The notes beneath the pieces were generated by a model. It was not told where the DNA came from. It searched no databases and was given only the letters and a program-made list of their open reading frames with translations. From a virus (Duplodnaviria > Caudoviricetes), in the IMG/VR virus record IMGVR_UViG_3300024254_000019, positions 1 through 36,526 of that record: a stretch of 36,526 nt of DNA. The stretch is one strand, 5' to 3'. The position numbers and the translations under genes are program-made. Shown piece by piece: positions 35,726-36,526 of this stretch; the first letter of the stretch is position 1, and each line of letters opens with the position of its first letter.

Positions 35726-36468
35726 CTCCCTTTGAGTGGCCCGTCACAACGCTGCAGCCGCGCGCCCTGCCGCAACTTGGCGACATTGCCGCGCAAGCAC
35801 TGCCAAGCCTGATGCTCTTTCACATAGGCCGGCGCGATTTCCTCGTAATGATCATACTCATCCGGCGTCAGCACGTTGGCAAACCGGAATGCGCCATGAA
35901 AGCCGAATGGATCACAATCCGGCCAGTCGGCCTCCACCGAGAACCGCTGTGCCAGATTGGCCGCCGGCCAGCGGCATCCAGCCTGTTCAAGCGTGGGGCG
36001 ATGCTTGACGCAAATGGCATGGTCCTCGGGCGAATACATCTCATCGAGTGGCAATTGCAGAACGGCGTTTGCGAGCTTCATACTGCGCAACGAAAAGCCG
36101 CCATTGCCAACGTTGAATTCCGGATCACAACCTTTCCACAACCAACGATACGGCCAGGGTGCGCCAATCCAATCGTAGTGTAGGAATGCATCATCCCAGG
36201 CGTACGGATTGATGATCCAGCTATCCCATTGAATGTACAGGTAATGGCTTGTGTTGATGTGCTTTGGCAGCAGGCTGTTGAGAATTAACTCGGCCTCATC
36301 AGCAATCTTGGCGTAGGTCCTAACATGTCGCGCGCCGGGGAGGATTTCCCGATCGGAGCAGATCAGCACATCGGCAAAATCGAATTGATCGAGGCAGCGT
36401 TGCAGCGCCATCCGAGTGAGATCGTGCGCCGCGTGGTCAACTGCGCACAGCGTCACCGGCAGTTTCAT
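35716..36468 (-). CDS. DUF5672-family (glycosyltransferase-like) protein
   Basis: HYLYIQWD...YDWIGAPW...VGNGGFSLRS...PED...FSVE...PFGFH. Confidence 0.85.
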   Translation of the reverse strand: MKLPVTLCAVDHAAHDLTRMALQRCLDQFDFADVLICSDREILPGARHVRTYAKIADEAELILNSLLPKHINTSHYLYIQWDSWIINPYAWDDAFLHYDWIGAPWPYRWLWKGCDPEFNVGNGGFSLRSMKLANAVLQLPLDEMYSPEDHAICVKHRPTLEQAGCRWPAANLAQRFSVEADWPDCDPFGFHGAFRFANVLTPDEYDHYEEIAPAYVKEHQAWQCLRGNVAKLRQGARLQRCDGPLKGSWT

Positions 36469-36526
36469 GCCACGCCGATCACCGGCATGCGCAGCGGGCG
36501 ATTAAAGTCGTTCATGTCCGCCGCCT
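36465..36526 (-). CDS. C-terminal end of an upstream gene, probably the terminase large subunit (partial)
   Basis: ...AADMNDFNRPLRMPVIGVA*, ATGA-coupled to DUF5672; assignment from position and tail motif only. Confidence 0.4.
   Translation of the reverse strand, partial: AADMNDFNRPLRMPVIGVA

Overview
Most of a GC-rich temperate tailed-phage genome or prophage with podovirus-like, P22/SU10-type morphogenesis. An alphaproteobacterial host is plausible but inferred. The + strand (about 55-5746) is an early/recombination arm: an operator-overlapped promoter, a string of small translationally coupled ORFs, an ERF ssDNA-annealing protein, HTH and RHH proteins and a tyrosine integrase, followed by a probable attP at 5728-5798. 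The - strand (36526 down to 6626) is the late arm: end of the putative terminase, DUF5672, portal, two giant fibre/beta-helix proteins, FkbM methyltransferase, TPR-glycosyltransferase, scaffold, capsid, head-tail and ejection proteins, two tail-collar paralogues and an amidase endolysin. The most unusual locus lies between attP and the endolysin (5819-6620) and is missed by the ORF track. It is an array of four micro-ORFs (29-52 aa), each with an AGGAG ribosome-binding site. Two identical 76-bp spacers punctuate it; each can fold into a three-way RNA junction and supplies the upstream gene's stop codon and the downstream gene's Shine-Dalgarno. A second candidate system is a glycosylation/methylation module embedded in the head-morphogenesis genes beside Ser/Thr/Gly-rich fibre proteins. 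All family assignments come from motif recognition by eye; no searches were run.
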